Below are positions 19,354-29,776 of a stretch of DNA of 32,000 nucleotides, piece after piece. The stretch spans positions 1,290,001-1,322,000 of the forward strand of contig NC_007681.1 of NCBI RefSeq assembly GCF_000012545.1, given 5' to 3'. The notes under the pieces were generated by a model. The model was not told where the DNA came from. It did not search any database and saw nothing but the letters and a program-made list of their open reading frames with translations. Source of the stretch: Methanosphaera stadtmanae DSM 3091. GTDB taxonomy: Archaea > Methanobacteriota > Methanobacteria > Methanobacteriales > Methanobacteriaceae. Both the position numbers and the translations under genes were made by a program. Each line of letters opens with the position of its first letter. The first letter of the stretch is position 1.

Positions 19354-20507
19354 AATAACATCTCCTTAATTTCAGAACTTGGTATTGAAGATCCTCTTTT
19401 ACTTCTTGCAATAATTTTAAGATTTTTAATTTCGATTTCTTTTTTATTCATGAAACCTACAATAGGACCTACACCAAATGGTTTTTTCCTAAAGATATTT
19501 TTTGCCATATTTCTTTCATATGAATCTAATGCTTCATCAAATACTGTGATAGATTTTGTAGAGTTGTATTCAGGAATATGATCTGCTACAATGCTTCCAT
19601 ATTCAGAACTTTCAATACTACTTAATAAAGAGTTCATATCTTCAGATTCCATAAATTCTTTTAATTTCCATCCACGTAATTGATATCCATTGTCTATAAC
19701 ATATGGTTTAATTTGATCATATGTGAGATTGTCAGCTTTTGCTCTTAATATAATTTTTATATTTGCAATATCTACTTTAGTTCCTATGTAACTGTGTAAC
19801 ATTCTTGTGTTATCATCTGCTTGACTTGATGATTTTACTAATAATCTTTCATAATAGTAATTATCCAATGCTGATTCTAATGTTAATAAGGTTTTATTTT
19901 CATTGTAATCAGGTAATGCTTCTTCAAGTATTTTAGCATAAGGTGTTCCTTCCAATGCAACAATTAAATCTTGAACAGAATCTGCTTCAATTAATTTATC
20001 TTGATCATCTTTAAGTTCACCATAAGGTACTAATAATTCACGAGTTTCTTCTTCGTTTAATTTTGCTTCTCTTGCAATTAAAACACTTTTTATGTTTTTA
20101 ATATCCCATTGATCTAACATTAAATCAAATGTTGGTTTTAAATCACCAGGTGCAATTCTTGCTAATAAATCATATGATTCAGCTAAGTTTGCATCTAATG
20201 CTTGTTCTATTGGATATTTATCAACGAATTTTGCATAGTCTTTATGTCCTCTTAAGAAGTTTTGTACTTCTTCAAGGCTTTCAGATTCAGCTAACTCTGC
20301 GATTTGTTTTTCATTTAAGATTTTACCAATTTTTGCTCTTACTCTTGCATTTGGATAAGTATATGGATAATATTCCATTAACGGTCTAAATGTTATTACT
20401 ACAATTACTGCACCTATTACAGCTAGTACCACAACTAATAATGCAATGAATGCCTCAGGAGAAGAGAATCCGAAAGATGTTATCAATCCTGTAATGCTTT
20501 CTTCCAT
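19350..20507 (-). CDS. atpC: A1AO ATP synthase subunit C (eukaryotic d homolog) with an N-terminal hydrophobic extension
   Basis: The conserved YPYTYPNARVRAKIGKIL block and the helical-repeat body are present. A strong GGAGGAG SD lies 6 nt before the ATG at 20507. Residues 19-40 (AFIALLVVVLAVIGAVIVVITF) are fully hydrophobic. Confidence 0.9.
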   Translation of the reverse strand: MEESITGLITSFGFSSPEAFIALLVVVLAVIGAVIVVITFRPLMEYYPYTYPNARVRAKIGKILNEKQIAELAESESLEEVQNFLRGHKDYAKFVDKYPIEQALDANLAESYDLLARIAPGDLKPTFDLMLDQWDIKNIKSVLIAREAKLNEEETRELLVPYGELKDDQDKLIEADSVQDLIVALEGTPYAKILEEALPDYNENKTLLTLESALDNYYYERLLVKSSSQADDNTRMLHSYIGTKVDIANIKIILRAKADNLTYDQIKPYVIDNGYQLRGWKLKEFMESEDMNSLLSSIESSEYGSIVADHIPEYNSTKSITVFDEALDSYERNMAKNIFRKKPFGVGPIVGFMNKKEIEIKNLKIIARSKRGSSIPSSEIKEMLL

Positions 20508-20525
20508 TTAATTCTCCTCCAGTAA

Positions 20526-21149
20526 CTATCTAAATAGTTTTTTAGCAACCTCTGATCTTAGATGTTTTCTATAACGAAGCATACGAGCTTCAATAGTGTT
20601 TTTTACTTCAACATCGCCATCTACAGTTTTTACAACTGCTCCACCAATGATATCTATTGGTTCTCCTATGACAAAGGAAGTTTCATTTCCAGTTTCTTTT
20701 GTAACATATTCAGATACTTCATCAATCATAGATTTTACATTTTCAACATCGTCTTCTCTTACAAGAATTTCGAGTTGTGTACTTCCTACTTGTATAGAAG
20801 CATCTTTAATCATTACTTTTAAAGATTCCACATAATTTGCGGAATTTTCAGATGCTAGTTTTTCAATTTTTTCTGATGCTATTCTAAAAGCTTTTTCTAT
20901 TAACTCTTCACGAGCTTCTAATTCTTTTCTTCTGGAATTAACTTTTGCTTCTGAAATAATTTGTTGATATTTCATATCAGCTTGTTTATTTGCAGAGTCA
21001 AGAATTTGTTCTTTTTCGATTTGAGCTTTAGCTTCACCGTCAGCAATTATTTTTTCACTTTCAGCTTTAGCTTTGGAGATAATTTCATCAGCTTTTGCTT
21101 GAGCATCTGCTTTTATATTTGATATTATTTTATCTGCTCCAACGCTCAT
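20526..21149 (-). CDS. atpE: A1AO ATP synthase subunit E
   Basis: An N-terminal A/K/E-rich coiled coil (ADKIISNIKADAQAKADEIISKAKAESEKII) precedes a globular C-terminal domain. Operon position between K and C. Confidence 0.85.
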   Translation of the reverse strand: MSVGADKIISNIKADAQAKADEIISKAKAESEKIIADGEAKAQIEKEQILDSANKQADMKYQQIISEAKVNSRRKELEAREELIEKAFRIASEKIEKLASENSANYVESLKVMIKDASIQVGSTQLEILVREDDVENVKSMIDEVSEYVTKETGNETSFVIGEPIDIIGGAVVKTVDGDVEVKNTIEARMLRYRKHLRSEVAKKLFR

Positions 21150-21207
21150 CTATGTTCCTCCAAAAAATATTTGTTTAAAGGCATAATGCCTTCATTATTT
21201 TTTAAAC

Positions 21208-21696
21208 TTATGCTCCAAGTATTCCACCGAATACTAATAATAAGATAGCGATAAGGAAACCATAGATAGCCTGAGTTTCAGGAATAGCTGTAAATACTAA
21301 ACCTTGTGCAAACATACCTGGTTCTTCTACTACTGCACCTACAGATGCGGAAGATGCGATACCTTGACCCATACCTGAACCAAGACCACCGAAACCAACT
21401 GCTGCTCCTGCACCAATTGCTACTAAACCTGAAGTTACGCCTAAAGCGGAACCTCCCATAATTCCTGAGAATACTAATAATAAGATAGCGATAAGGAAAC
21501 CGTAGATAGCCTGAGTTTCAGGAATAGCTGTAAATACTAAACCTTGTGCAAACATACTTGAATCTTCTGCTACTGCACCTACAGATGCGGAAGATGCGAT
21601 ACCTTGACCGATACCTGAACCTAATGCTGCAAATCCTACTGCTACTCCTGCACCAATTGCAGCTAAGGCTGAACCTAATGCTAATTCTGCTGCCAT
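21208..21696 (-). CDS. atpK: A1AO ATP synthase proteolipid subunit K, duplicated (two hairpins, four TM helices)
   Basis: Two copies of ...GSG(I/M)GQGIASSASVGAV...FAQGLVFTAIPETQAIYGFLIAILLLVF. Start moved to the ATG at 21696 (GGAGG SD at 21705-21709, 8-nt spacer). The track's TTG at 21711 overlaps the SD. Confidence 0.95.
   Translation of the reverse strand: MAAELALGSALAAIGAGVAVGFAALGSGIGQGIASSASVGAVAEDSSMFAQGLVFTAIPETQAIYGFLIAILLLVFSGIMGGSALGVTSGLVAIGAGAAVGFGGLGSGMGQGIASSASVGAVVEEPGMFAQGLVFTAIPETQAIYGFLIAILLLVFGGILGA
21211..21690 (-). repeat. intragenic tandem duplication with a 240-bp period: the two hairpin-coding halves of atpK
   Basis: 21229-21335 versus 21469-21575 differ at a single position (cca/ccg). 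Identity stays high to about 21380/21620 and then decays toward the helix-1 coding part. Confidence 0.9.
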
Positions 21697-21769
21697 GTTA
21701 TTTTCCTCCAATTAAACATTTTATTTTATTTTTTTTTATATATTATTTATAAAGTATACTAAATTTTGT

Positions 21770-23767
21770 TTATTTTTTAATTTTAGTATATGTTCTTTCT
21801 GCCTTAAATGGCTCGAAACTTTCACTTTCACCTGTGTAGAAGTTACCAAAGAACTCTACGAAGTGTAAACGTAAAGAGTGTATAGCTGCTCCCATTGATT
21901 GGAATGCAATGTTAAATAAGTGAACTCCTAAGAATACAATAACTCCTAATACTATACCTACATATGGTACAGCACCAGCTAATAATTGACCTAAAAGGTT
22001 TGCAGTCATACCTATACCACCAGTGGATAGACATAATGCTAATAATCTTGAGTATGATAATATATCTCCAAGGAAACCAAATACGTCCATAACTCCCATT
22101 GGACCTGAACCATATAATAGTAATAGTAATGCAATTATGAATACTACTGCAAATGGTACCATACCTGCAACTAAATATGCTACAATTGAAAGTTCAATCA
22201 TAATCCAAGATAGTTGTCCACTACATAACTCCTTAATATTGTGTTTTTTGTAATTATCGATTATACCAAAGATAAATGCTATGTTCAGGTGTATTAAACC
22301 TATGATAATTGCTAAAATCAAGATATTTTCTGGATGTGCAAATGCATTTATATCTGGAATTACTGTAGGTAATGCTAAGTTAGGATCACCCATTATAAAT
22401 CTAGGTATGAAATCTCCTATAAATCCACCAGTCAGTAGACCTAATAGTACTGTCCACAATCCCATTTGTACGAGAATTACTCCAAAGGATTTGTATGTTT
22501 TATTTACTTTACCTATACCTCTGTATAGTAAGAATCCAACTATTGCTAATATGATTCCATAAAATGCATCGGTTAAACAGTAACCGAAGAAGAATGGGAA
22601 ACAAATTGCCATTATAATAGTAGGATCTATATCTCTATAATTTGGTGTAGAATACATTGTTACTAACAATTCATATGGTTTTGCAAAACCAGGGTTTTGT
22701 TGTTTTACAGGTACCTTATTATTATCAATTTCTTCTTCAGAAGGATCTTCTACTTCAATAATACTGTGACCATCTGTAAGTTCATCAATTATTGATAAAG
22801 TTTCTTCAACATCATCTTTGACAACCCAAGCTTTAAACATCTTTGTAGTACCAGTTTCACCAAAATATGAATAGATTTCAGTTCGTTCTTTTTCAAGTTC
22901 TAATTCTTCATTTAATACTAATAATGTTTCTTTAGAACGTTGACCAACTTCTCTGATATCTTTTAAACATTGTTTTCTTTCATTTTTACATTCATCTAGT
23001 TTACTTTTTGATGCTTCAATAATTTCATTAGATTTACCACTTAAGTTAGATACATCTAATTTTTCAAATTCTAAGCGTCTAAGTACACCAGAAATATTTT
23101 CTTCAAATTCATTTGCACATACAATTATTAGTGGAATGTATGTAACATCAGAACTTGATGTTTTTGAACCTTCAAATATTGCTACTTGTTCACTAATTTC
23201 TTCAATTTGACTTTTTGCATCTGCTAAATGTTCTGCAGGTAATTTACCAGATATTACTTTTGTATATTTTGTATCTTGTAAATATGCAAAATCTATATCA
23301 AAGGATTTTAATTGAGTTGCAACATTTAAAGAATCATTATATTTTGTTTCTTCAGTTCCAATTTCATTTATACGTGACTCTATTGGACTGAGAACTGCAT
23401 CAACTTTACTAATAATTTCTTCAGCCTTATCTGCTAATTCTTCAGAAGGAATATCTTCCACTTCTTTTGAATTAATTTTTTTAGGACTGATAAATCCTTT
23501 AACAACATCAACCATACTTTGTGATTGCTCTGCAGATTTTAATGTATCAAGAATATTGTTACATTTCATTGATAATGATGCAATTCTGCTAGCAACTGGG
23601 TCTTGTTTTGATACATCTAAGCCAGAGTAATATTCGTTTTCCTGAATTTCATCAGATAAATCTTCTATTTGAATAACTCCCCTTTCATGGAGAACATTCA
23701 CTACTGGTTTAGCGTATTGATTTAAAGTTACTATGCTTAATTTTTGCATTCTTGCTGGCCTAAACAT
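21770..23767 (-). CDS. atpI: A1AO ATP synthase subunit I (stator a-subunit homolog)
   Basis: MFRPARMQKLSIV... soluble coiled-coil N-terminal half plus a polytopic C-terminal half containing the conserved LSYSRLLAL arginine motif. 665 aa. Confidence 0.9.
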   Translation of the reverse strand: MFRPARMQKLSIVTLNQYAKPVVNVLHERGVIQIEDLSDEIQENEYYSGLDVSKQDPVASRIASLSMKCNNILDTLKSAEQSQSMVDVVKGFISPKKINSKEVEDIPSEELADKAEEIISKVDAVLSPIESRINEIGTEETKYNDSLNVATQLKSFDIDFAYLQDTKYTKVISGKLPAEHLADAKSQIEEISEQVAIFEGSKTSSSDVTYIPLIIVCANEFEENISGVLRRLEFEKLDVSNLSGKSNEIIEASKSKLDECKNERKQCLKDIREVGQRSKETLLVLNEELELEKERTEIYSYFGETGTTKMFKAWVVKDDVEETLSIIDELTDGHSIIEVEDPSEEEIDNNKVPVKQQNPGFAKPYELLVTMYSTPNYRDIDPTIIMAICFPFFFGYCLTDAFYGIILAIVGFLLYRGIGKVNKTYKSFGVILVQMGLWTVLLGLLTGGFIGDFIPRFIMGDPNLALPTVIPDINAFAHPENILILAIIIGLIHLNIAFIFGIIDNYKKHNIKELCSGQLSWIMIELSIVAYLVAGMVPFAVVFIIALLLLLYGSGPMGVMDVFGFLGDILSYSRLLALCLSTGGIGMTANLLGQLLAGAVPYVGIVLGVIVFLGVHLFNIAFQSMGAAIHSLRLHFVEFFGNFYTGESESFEPFKAERTYTKIKK

Positions 23768-23777
23768 AGTTCAACCC

Positions 23778-24092
23778 CTATAATACGGTTTCAATTATTA
23801 TGTCAGCTGCGTCATCTACATTATTTTCGGATCCTCTTAAGGATTCTTTAATGTCAGATTCAGATGTATTTGTAATAATTACAGCTTCTTTTCCAGCTTC
23901 TTCTTCTTTAGCTAATAATATGTGTTTAGCTTCATCTTGTGCTTCTTCTTTTGCTGCTTCAATATCTGAATCTACTTTTGCACGAGCTTCTTGGATCATT
24001 TCAGTTGATTTTTTATTTGCTTCTTCTACGATAATATCAGCTTCAGACTCTGCTTGTCTGATTGAACCAATATCTTCAGAAATATTTGCCAT
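23778..24092 (-). CDS. atpH: A1AO ATP synthase subunit H (peripheral-stalk, G/b-like)
   Basis: A 104-aa E/A/K-rich helical protein (IRQAESEADIIVEEANKKSTEMIQEARAKV) and the first gene of the operon. A GGGTGA SD lies 6 nt upstream. Confidence 0.7.
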   Translation of the reverse strand: MANISEDIGSIRQAESEADIIVEEANKKSTEMIQEARAKVDSDIEAAKEEAQDEAKHILLAKEEEAGKEAVIITNTSESDIKESLRGSENNVDDAADIIIETVL

Positions 24093-24522
24093 TATAAATC
24101 ACCCTTTATATGATCTGTTTTTCTATAGATTATACTCATAAAAAAATAAACTCTCCTTAATTAAGTTATTTTTTAGAAAATAAATGAGTATAAATTTTGT
24201 ATCAATAAATTAAAATTTTTTTTAAAAAGTTTGACTAACCAAGTATCACCCCAATATAGACATGAGAACTTAAAATTTAACATAGATTTCTATATGAAAA
24301 ATTTTAATCAGTTCATAAAAATATATCTTATAAATATATATATTTAACTTCATTAGTTATATAATTTTATTAAAAAGGCTAAACATAACCCTATGAAAAA
24401 TATAAAATAAGTAAAAATAAAATTAAAAGAAGAAGTATTAATTTTTTTTTAAATAATAAAAAAAGAAAAAGAATAAATATTCTAATAAAACCACTATTTT
24501 TTTGAAGAAAAAATTTCTTTTA

Positions 24523-25806
24523 TTAGTTATCTAACTTCATTCTAACAATTGGTTTTGCTAAATGACGTCTGGCTTCTGTTGGAACTTCATAGAATCCAAT
24601 ATCAAGATCACGTGGAATACTTTTTCTAATTTTTTTACCATCCCTTAATCTCCTACTACATTTTGGACATTTAAAACCCTTATCTTTACCAGCAGATTTC
24701 ATTCTTTTTCCACAGACACATATTGGATTTGAATATTCATATTGTGGTGCAATTTCATTTAATTTGAATTTTTCAATATTAAATGTATGATTATCATTTA
24801 ATCCACCATATATTGTTAATTTATCACCAACACACAAGTTTCTAACAATATCTCTAAATGATTTTGTAGGTTCAAATGCTGCACATTCCATAATGTCTGT
24901 ATTGTCACTAACTTTGAAAAAAACATGCCCTCCCTCTATATCATAGGGTTTTTCTACAACCTCACAACTAAAACAGTAACATCCCGTATTTACCATGTCT
25001 TTAATTTTTACTCCATGTTGTATATGCATATCAGTATGTTGATTTGTTCTAAAGATACAATAATCTTCTATTTGTTCATATGATTTCACAATATTATGTG
25101 CCTCTTCTACTATAGAGGGTGTATTTCCTCTTATACCATATAATACTGGACATGGAGTATGAGGCTCTATTGCGGCATAATTTCCTTCTATATCGATATT
25201 ATCAAATGTTTCAGGATATGTTTTTTCATTCATTAAAAAAATACTTTCTTCATCTAATTGTCTTTTTGTACCATAATTTTCAGGAATACGATATGCTAAA
25301 CACTCAAAGGTCTCATCATTTAATTCAATACCAATAGCTGCAATAGCACCAATAATACCTCTACCTTTTTTAAATTTATGTACCCTTGCACCTATACTAT
25401 GTGCAAATTCTTCAGCATAATCTATAGTATATATTGAATATATTGCATTTATTGCATAGTCTCGCATGGCTTGTGTTATTTCACCTTCATAAAATACAAC
25501 ACCAGGATTTGTATTAACTCCATCAAACATTGCATATTTTTCAACATAATCCAGTACAATTTTTTCAACTAATTCCACATCACTTCGTGATTCTAATTCC
25601 AATACAAATGATAAAGCTCCATTTCCCCTTGTTTTATACCTTGCAAATGGATTTAATCTAATTAATCTTGGAAAATCCATTGGTTTTATATTATATTCTT
25701 CTAATTTTTTAAGTATTATACAAGTTAAATAAGTTGTACACATTCCTTCTGCTGAGTCAGTATCATCTATTCCAACATGTAACTTTATTAATTTCTGTGA
25801 ATTCAA
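24523..25806 (-). CDS. tiaS: tRNA(Ile2) 2-agmatinylcytidine synthetase
   Basis: N-terminal [17 protein letters not shown] (the TiaS kinase-like domain signature), an OB-like middle, and a C-terminal zinc ribbon CVCGKRMKS...[13 protein letters not shown] start preceded by GGGAGA. Confidence 0.85.
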
Positions 25807-25880
25807 AGTATTACTTCTCCCATAAAATATTGTTATTTACTATTATAATATTTTATAAGAAAAAATATATATTATATATT

Positions 25881-26939
25881 ATGAAAATGGACAGTTCTAC
25901 AATTACACGTAAAAATATATTAGATGATGTTACAAGTCTACTTACATCGTTTGGTTTTAAAACTTCAAATATCTATGACAGAAACTGTTTTGATTTACTA
26001 GCTAGAAAAAAAGACATACTCATAATACTAAAGATACTTGTTAATATAGATAGCTTAACACCAACACAAGCAGAAGAATTATCTAAAATCTCTGGAACTT
26101 TTCTTGCAAGTCCAATAATAATTGGATATAAATCTAAACATAACTACTTAGAAGAAGATATTGTATACGAACGTCATGAAATTCCAGTAATATCACCACA
26201 AACATTATGTAATATTATTGTTAATGATATTCATCCAGAAATATTTGCAAAAAGAGGTGGATATTATGTTAAAATCAATGGTAATTTACTTAAAAATTTA
26301 CGTGAAAAAAATAATTTATCACTGAAAGAACTTGCAGATATAAGTCATGTTTCTAGAGAAACAATTTATAAATATGAGAAAGGAAATTCACAGACATATC
26401 CTGAAACTGCAATGATGCTAGAACAAGTATTAAACAGTCCAATTACAGAATCAATTAATTTACTAGAAACAAACAATACAAAAACCACAACACTTGATAA
26501 GAAAATTCAAGAACCAATAGAATTAATTAAATTAGGTTATGATATAAAATCATCAAATAAAGCTCCTTTTGATGCAATATCTGAAAGACAAGAAGAAACA
26601 GAAGAAGTAAGACAATTAAAAGAAAAACTTGAAAGTAAATTAGATGAAATTGAAAAAATCAGGGCAGAAATCAATAAAAAAACTAAACATCATAATCTAT
26701 TAATTACTAATATGGAACGTAATCGTAGTGATAATACATTGAATAAAATAGCAAATTGTACTGAGGATATTTCTCTAATTACAGGACATGATGCATTATT
26801 TGTTCTTGAACATAAAAAAGATAAAGAATTTATCAAAAAAATACCTGCCATATATACATGGGAACTTAAAAATATGGACAATATGGAAGAATTATTAAAA
26901 CTAATAAAAGAAAGAAAAGAAGAAGCTAATGATTCATAA
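25881..26939 (+). CDS. conserved archaeal putative HTH-type (XRE/cro-C1) transcriptional regulator, COG1395 family
   Basis: The central [38 protein letters not shown] is flanked by the family's N- and C-terminal domains. The track start (25734) overlaps tiaS and encodes low-complexity residues, so the start was set at the ATG at 25881 (MKMDSSTI). Confidence 0.75.
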
Positions 26940-27671
26940 TTTGAATTTATTAATAATTCCAAGTGTTTCTTCTGCTTCACTTTCCTTTGCTAAACCAACA
27001 CATACACAATCTACATAATCAATATTTTTTATAAAATCATAGGCTTCTTGTGGCTTCAATATACCTGTTGCTAGTGTTCTATTTACTATGATCTTTTTAC
27101 CTATTTTTTCTACTGAAAAGGAAATTTTATCTTTATTTTCTTTATTTAAGAAATTACAATCCATCATATACCCATAAAAATTCAATGGAAACATAATTAC
27201 ATCGAAATATTCACATAAATTAGATTCACTTATAAGTGGTAAATTTTTAAATGGTGTTCTTGTTTCTATTGCTGGAATATATCCCCTATTTTTTATTTCT
27301 TTTAAATACTTTATAATATATTCAAAATCACCTTCATCAATTTTTTTATCAACAAAACTTCCATCTAAAATAACCGTAGTTGTATTGAAGTTATCAAAAA
27401 CATTTAAATCCCCATTAAATGTATTAAAATTAGTCATTCCAATTACAGACCAAGTACATCCCATATTTTCAGATATTTCTAATGCTTTTTTAATATCATC
27501 AGTCACATTAAAAAGAAATTGATTAACACCTAATTGATATGATTTATTTAATATTTTAGCTATATTTTCAGGTTGATTTTTAAAATCTAGTTCATATAAT
27601 CGTGTTCTATGACCAAATTGTGGACTGAAAATAAATGGTGAACTACCTAATATTACCTCACTATATGTCAT
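26934..27671 (-). CDS. hypothetical protein, 245 aa, function unknown
   Basis: A long stop-free ORF in AT-rich DNA with balanced composition. The alternating hydrophobic/polar pattern suggests an alpha/beta fold. No motif recognised. Its stop overlaps the convergent COG1395 gene by 6 nt. Confidence 0.6.
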
Positions 27672-28132
27672 TGTTAATAACCTCGTATTCTTAATTAATT
27701 ATTTTATATAATAATATATAATTATCATTATAAAAAAATAAAGAAAAAAAGTATCAACTATTAAAAAAATTAAAATTAAGAATTAATATGATATTTTAAT
27801 TAAAAAACTCAAAATATTCCTAATCACCTTATTGATTCATCCCATTGAAAATAAAATCATAAATAACACTTAAAATACCACCATAGTTATATTATTCATT
27901 TTTAAAGAAAGTAAATACAAATACTATTATGAAAGTTAGAATAAATATAAAAAGATACTGTTTCTAAAAATTTCTAAAAAGAAAAATATCATGTATTTAT
28001 AATAAAAAAAACATAAATTAAATATAATATTGAACTAATATTTTGCAATATAATGTTAAAATACAATATTAATTTTATAAATGGAATGGATTTTCCAAAA
28101 TTCAAGTATAATATAAATAAAGGAGATCAAAA

Positions 28133-29707
28133 ATGCCAAAAGTATTAGTAGCTGATAAGATTAATGAAAAAGGTGTTGAAGTATTAGAAGGATCTGCTGA
28201 AATAGTAAACAATCCTAAAATAACACCAGAAGAACTATTAAAAACAATTGATCAATATGATGGAATAATTGTAAGAAGTAGAACAAAAATGACAAAAGAA
28301 GTCATTGAAAATGCTAAAAACTTAAAAATTATTGCAAGAGCAGGAGTTGGAGTAGATAATATAGATGTTCAAGCTGCAACAGACCATGGAATTCTTGTAG
28401 TAAATGCTCCTCAATCTACATCCATCACAGTAGCAGAACATGCAATGGGTTTAATGCTCTCATTAAGTAGAAAAATAGCTATAGCTGATGCTTCTGTAAA
28501 AGCAGGCAAATGGGAAAAAAGTAAATTCATGGGTATGGAATTAAGAAACAAAACTCTTGGTGTAATTGGTATGGGTAGAATCGGAAGTCAAGTTGTAAAA
28601 AGAGCAAAAGCTTTCGAAATGGATGTTATTGTATATGATCCATACATAACAGAAGACGTTGCAAAAGAATTAGGTGTTGAAATAACAACATTAGACTATC
28701 TTGTTGAAAATGCAGATGTAATGACAATACACGTTCCATTAACACCTGAAACAAAAGGTTTAATATCCAAACCAGAATTAACAAAAATGAAAGATCATGC
28801 AATTCTATTAAACTGTGCTAGAGGTGGAATAATCAATGAAGCAGATCTTTATGAAGTATTAAAAGAAAGACCTGAATTAAAAGCAGGACTTGATGTGTAT
28901 GAAAATGAACCTCTAGAAAACAGTCCTCTTGTAACATTAGATAATGTTGTATTAACACCACATATTGCTGCATCTACCAAAGAAGCTCAACGTGATGCTG
29001 CAATCATAGTTGCAAAAGAAGTTAAAGAAGTAATCAACGGAAACATACCAAACAACGTATTGAACATGCCGGTTGTTGATAATGAAACCTTTCAAACCCT
29101 CAAACCTTACTTCCAATTAACTGAAAAATTAGGACAAATACTAGTTCAAACTACAACCTCTAACATATCAGAATTAAACATAGTATATAGTGGTGAAATC
29201 TCTGGTAAAGCTAAAGAACCACTAACAAGAGAATTATTAAAAGAATTCTTAAACCCTATCTTAACAGAACCTGTTAACTCTGTAAATGCTAAAGCTGTTG
29301 CAAAAGAAAGAGGTATAAAAATTACTGAAGGAGAAACAGAAGATAGTGGAAAATATGATGCAACAATAAAAATTGATGTATTCTATGATAATGCTGAAAT
29401 GAAAATAGAAGGTGTTGTTGAAAATAATGAAGCTAAAATTATTTCCATAGATGATTATGATGTAAGATTAACTCTTGAAGGTAAAATGGCTATCATTAAA
29501 TATGTAGATCTTCCAGGCACTATTGGAAAAATTGGTAAAATATTAGGTGATTATAAAATCAATATTGCAGAAATGCAAGTAGGAAGACAAACTGAAGGTG
29601 GAGAAGCTATAATGGTTCTTAAAGTAGACCAAGAAATAACTGAAGAAGTAGTTTCAAAACTCGAAGATGATAATGATATTGACTTTGTAAAACCAGTAAA
29701 ATTATAA
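28133..29707 (+). CDS. serA: D-3-phosphoglycerate dehydrogenase, long form with ASB and ACT domains
   Basis: [10 protein letters not shown]..., NAD-binding [12 protein letters not shown], catalytic CARGG...TPHIAAST, and a C-terminal ACT domain ([25 protein letters not shown]). AGGAGA SD. Confidence 0.95.
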   Translation: MPKVLVADKINEKGVEVLEGSAEIVNNPKITPEELLKTIDQYDGIIVRSRTKMTKEVIENAKNLKIIARAGVGVDNIDVQAATDHGILVVNAPQSTSITVAEHAMGLMLSLSRKIAIADASVKAGKWEKSKFMGMELRNKTLGVIGMGRIGSQVVKRAKAFEMDVIVYDPYITEDVAKELGVEITTLDYLVENADVMTIHVPLTPETKGLISKPELTKMKDHAILLNCARGGIINEADLYEVLKERPELKAGLDVYENEPLENSPLVTLDNVVLTPHIAASTKEAQRDAAIIVAKEVKEVINGNIPNNVLNMPVVDNETFQTLKPYFQLTEKLGQILVQTTTSNISELNIVYSGEISGKAKEPLTRELLKEFLNPILTEPVNSVNAKAVAKERGIKITEGETEDSGKYDATIKIDVFYDNAEMKIEGVVENNEAKIISIDDYDVRLTLEGKMAIIKYVDLPGTIGKIGKILGDYKINIAEMQVGRQTEGGEAIMVLKVDQEITEEVVSKLEDDNDIDFVKPVKL

Positions 29708-29776
29708 TATTTTACTAAATCCTTTATCTTTTTTTATAAGAATATTTCAAAAAAAATTAAAAAGAGAATAGAATAC

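Noticed and set aside
17758-19369. Plus-strand ORFs of 85-160 aa lie antisense to atpA/atpF, including a 160-aa ORF at 18887-19369.
   Set aside because: They are fully contained in the most strongly conserved genes of the window. The lower AT content of that region reduces chance stops on the opposite strand.
10590-21690. The tandem direct repeats (750-bp period in the adhesin gene, 240-bp period in atpK) were checked as possible CRISPR or satellite arrays.
   Set aside because: Both are in-frame intragenic duplications with two units each. There is no short repeat-spacer periodicity and no cas genes.
15179-24092. The ATPase operon is visibly less AT-rich than its flanks, which was considered as a possible sign of horizontal transfer.
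   Set aside because: These are highly expressed, Gly/Ala/Val-rich core genes in the canonical archaeal order. The compositional shift is explained by amino-acid content and codon bias.
25734-25880. A 49-codon N-terminal extension of the COG1395 ORF, as listed in the track (401 aa).
   Set aside because: It overlaps the 5' end of tiaS and the intergenic promoter region and encodes low-complexity L/F/Y/I sequence. The conserved protein begins at MKMDSS (25881).
27961-27980. An exact tandem 10-mer, TTTCTAAAAA repeated twice, in the serA upstream region.
   Set aside because: Only two copies of low-complexity A/T sequence, with nothing to distinguish it from background.
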